A DNA stretch of 64,000 nt, counting the filler, from Octopus bimaculoides (taxonomy: Eukaryota), in NCBI RefSeq assembly GCF_001194135.2. It is 5 parts of 5 records of this genome, joined end to end, with 100 filler letters (N's around TTAATTAATTAA, not from the genome) between each part and the next. Parts side by side here need not be neighbours in the genome. Positions count along the whole stretch, not along the records: positions 61,899 to 64,000 come from NC_069010.1; 4 more parts are not named here. One strand, written 5' to 3'. Under the pieces are notes generated by a model, which had not been told where the DNA came from, did not search any database, and saw only the letters and a program-made list of their open reading frames with translations. Shown here piece by piece: positions 62,330-64,000 of this stretch. Each line of letters starts with the position of its first letter. Position 1 is the stretch's first letter. The position numbers and the translations under genes were made by a program.

Positions 62330-63308
62330 GGCAGGAGTGACTGTATGGTAAGTAGCTTGCTTACCAAAAACATGGTTCCGGGTTCAGTCCCATTGTGTGG
62401 CACCTTGGGCAAGTGTCTTCTACTATAGCTTCGGGCCGGCCAAAGCCTTGTGAGTGGATTTGGTAGACGGAAACTGAAAGAAGCCCATCGTATATATAAG
62501 ATCACCAGCATTCTCTCACACACACGCAGCTTCTCGTCTTGGGTTCACCGCTTCTTTGTTATCTCCCCTTTTTCTTAGCTCTCCTGTGTGATTCTTCTGT
62601 CCGGCATTCGCCATGATAGATCGCTGACCACTACATTTATTTTTTTTCTCTTTGTTTCTCTCCTTATTTCTTTCAGTTGAAGAGCGTAGGNNNNNNNNNN
62701 NNNNNNNNNNNNNNNNNNNNNNNNNNNNNNNNNNNNNNNNNNNNNNNNNNNNNNNNNNNNNNNNNNNNNNNNNNNNNNNNNNNNNNNNNNNNNNNNNNNN
62801 NNNNNNNNNNNNNNNNNNNNNNNNNNNNNNNNNNNNNNNNNNNNNNNNNNNNNNNNNNNNNNNNNNNNNNNNNNNNNNNNNNNNNNNNNNNNNNNNNNNN
62901 NNNNNNNNNNNNNNNNNNNNNNNNNNNNNNNNNNNNNNNNNNNNNNNNNNNNNNNNNNNNNNNNNNNNNNNNNNNNNNNNNNNNNNNNNNNNNNNNNNNN
63001 NNNNNNNNNNNNNNNNNNNNNNNNNNNNNNNNNNNNNNNNNNNNNNNNNNNNNNNNNNNNNNNNNNNNNNNNNNNNNNNNNNNATATATACTCGCGCGCG
63101 TGTGTGTGTGTGTGCTTGTTCCCCCAGCATCGTTTGACAACCGATGCGGTGTGTTTACGCTCTCGTAACTTAGCGGTTCGGCAAAAAGAAACCGATAGAA
63201 TAAGTACTAGGCTTACAAAGAATAAGTCCCGGGATCGATTTGTTCGACTAAAGGCGGTGCTCCAGCATGGCCACAGTCAAAATGACTGAAATAAATAAAA
63301 GATCAAAA
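62330..63308 (+). mobile_element. SINE family A interrupted at its internal (TA)n by a Penelope-like fragment (62499-62690) and a gap
   Basis: Head 62330-62490; insert ends cttt-cagttga-a-gagc-gtagg at the gap; tail 63090-63308. Confidence 0.8.
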
Positions 63309-63702
63309 GAATATGCATGCAACCACATAAAATTCCTGGCCTGGAGTTCAATTGAGAGTTAGGGATCTTAGATCTGAACAAGATTTGCGCCTTTTCAGCT
63401 AAACAAAGCCTGTATTTATTCGATCCATTCACCTAAGGTATGGATTTTTCACTTACTTTCCACCTAATCACATTCGGTGTTTCGTTATCTTTCAAAGTCC
63501 AACTTCGTAGCTTTGCTTTTGTCTCAATGCCGGATAAAGCCTATGGTGATTGGCAGAGTGATTTTAAAAATCACCTTCACATAATCCAATATAGGTCTTC
63601 TCAGTTGTATTATATCATCGTCGTCGTCATCATCATCGTCATTTTACGTCCGTTATCTATGCTTGGATGGTTTGAATTTTCGACCGAGTCACCTTCATCA
63701 AA

Positions 63703-63928
63703 CTTTTGCTTGTTTCAGTCACTAGACTGCGGCCATGCTGGAGCACCGCCTTCATGAATTCTTAGTCGAATGAATCGACCCTAGTACGTCATTTTTTTTT
63801 TAAGCCTGGCACTTATTCTATCATTCTCTTTTGCCGGACCGCTAAGTTACGGGAGCGGAGACACATCAACACCGGTTATCAAGAGATTGTAGGAGACAAA
63901 CACACACACACACACACACACATACACA

Positions 63929-63960
<32 letters not shown>

Positions 63961-64000
63961 TATGCATGCATGTGCACGACGGGCTTCTTTCAGTTTCCGT
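63703..64000 (-). mobile_element. SINE family A, runs off window end
   Basis: Tail, (CA)n and cgacgggcttctttcagtttccgt. Confidence 0.85.

Overview
AT-rich eukaryotic genomic DNA, most likely an octopus draft scaffold. This is inferred from the tRNA-derived SINE families and the extreme (TA)n/(CA)n/(TACA)n/(TAGA)n content. About 7.5 kb is N, in roughly 22 gaps that mostly abut (TA)n; four are artificial 100-bp spacers (44 N + TTAATTAATTAA + 44 N). I found no host exon, rRNA, true tRNA or CRISPR array; nearly all listed ORFs are microsatellite or gap artefacts. The window is a transposon graveyard: about 30 SINE copies or fragments from five families, LINE remnants (CR1-like, RLE/R4-Dong-like, Penelope GIY-YIG), five Tc1/mariner remnants and several MITEs (piggyBac-, pogo-, hAT-like and palindromic). 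The main unexplained signal is about 9 minimal type-I hammerhead ribozyme motifs with palindromic helix III, in short Penelope-like units mostly abutting (TA)n. Two have an intact catalytic core (392-467 and 11527-11610, both minus strand), and one family carries a shared A6U core variant. All alignments and foldings were done by eye.
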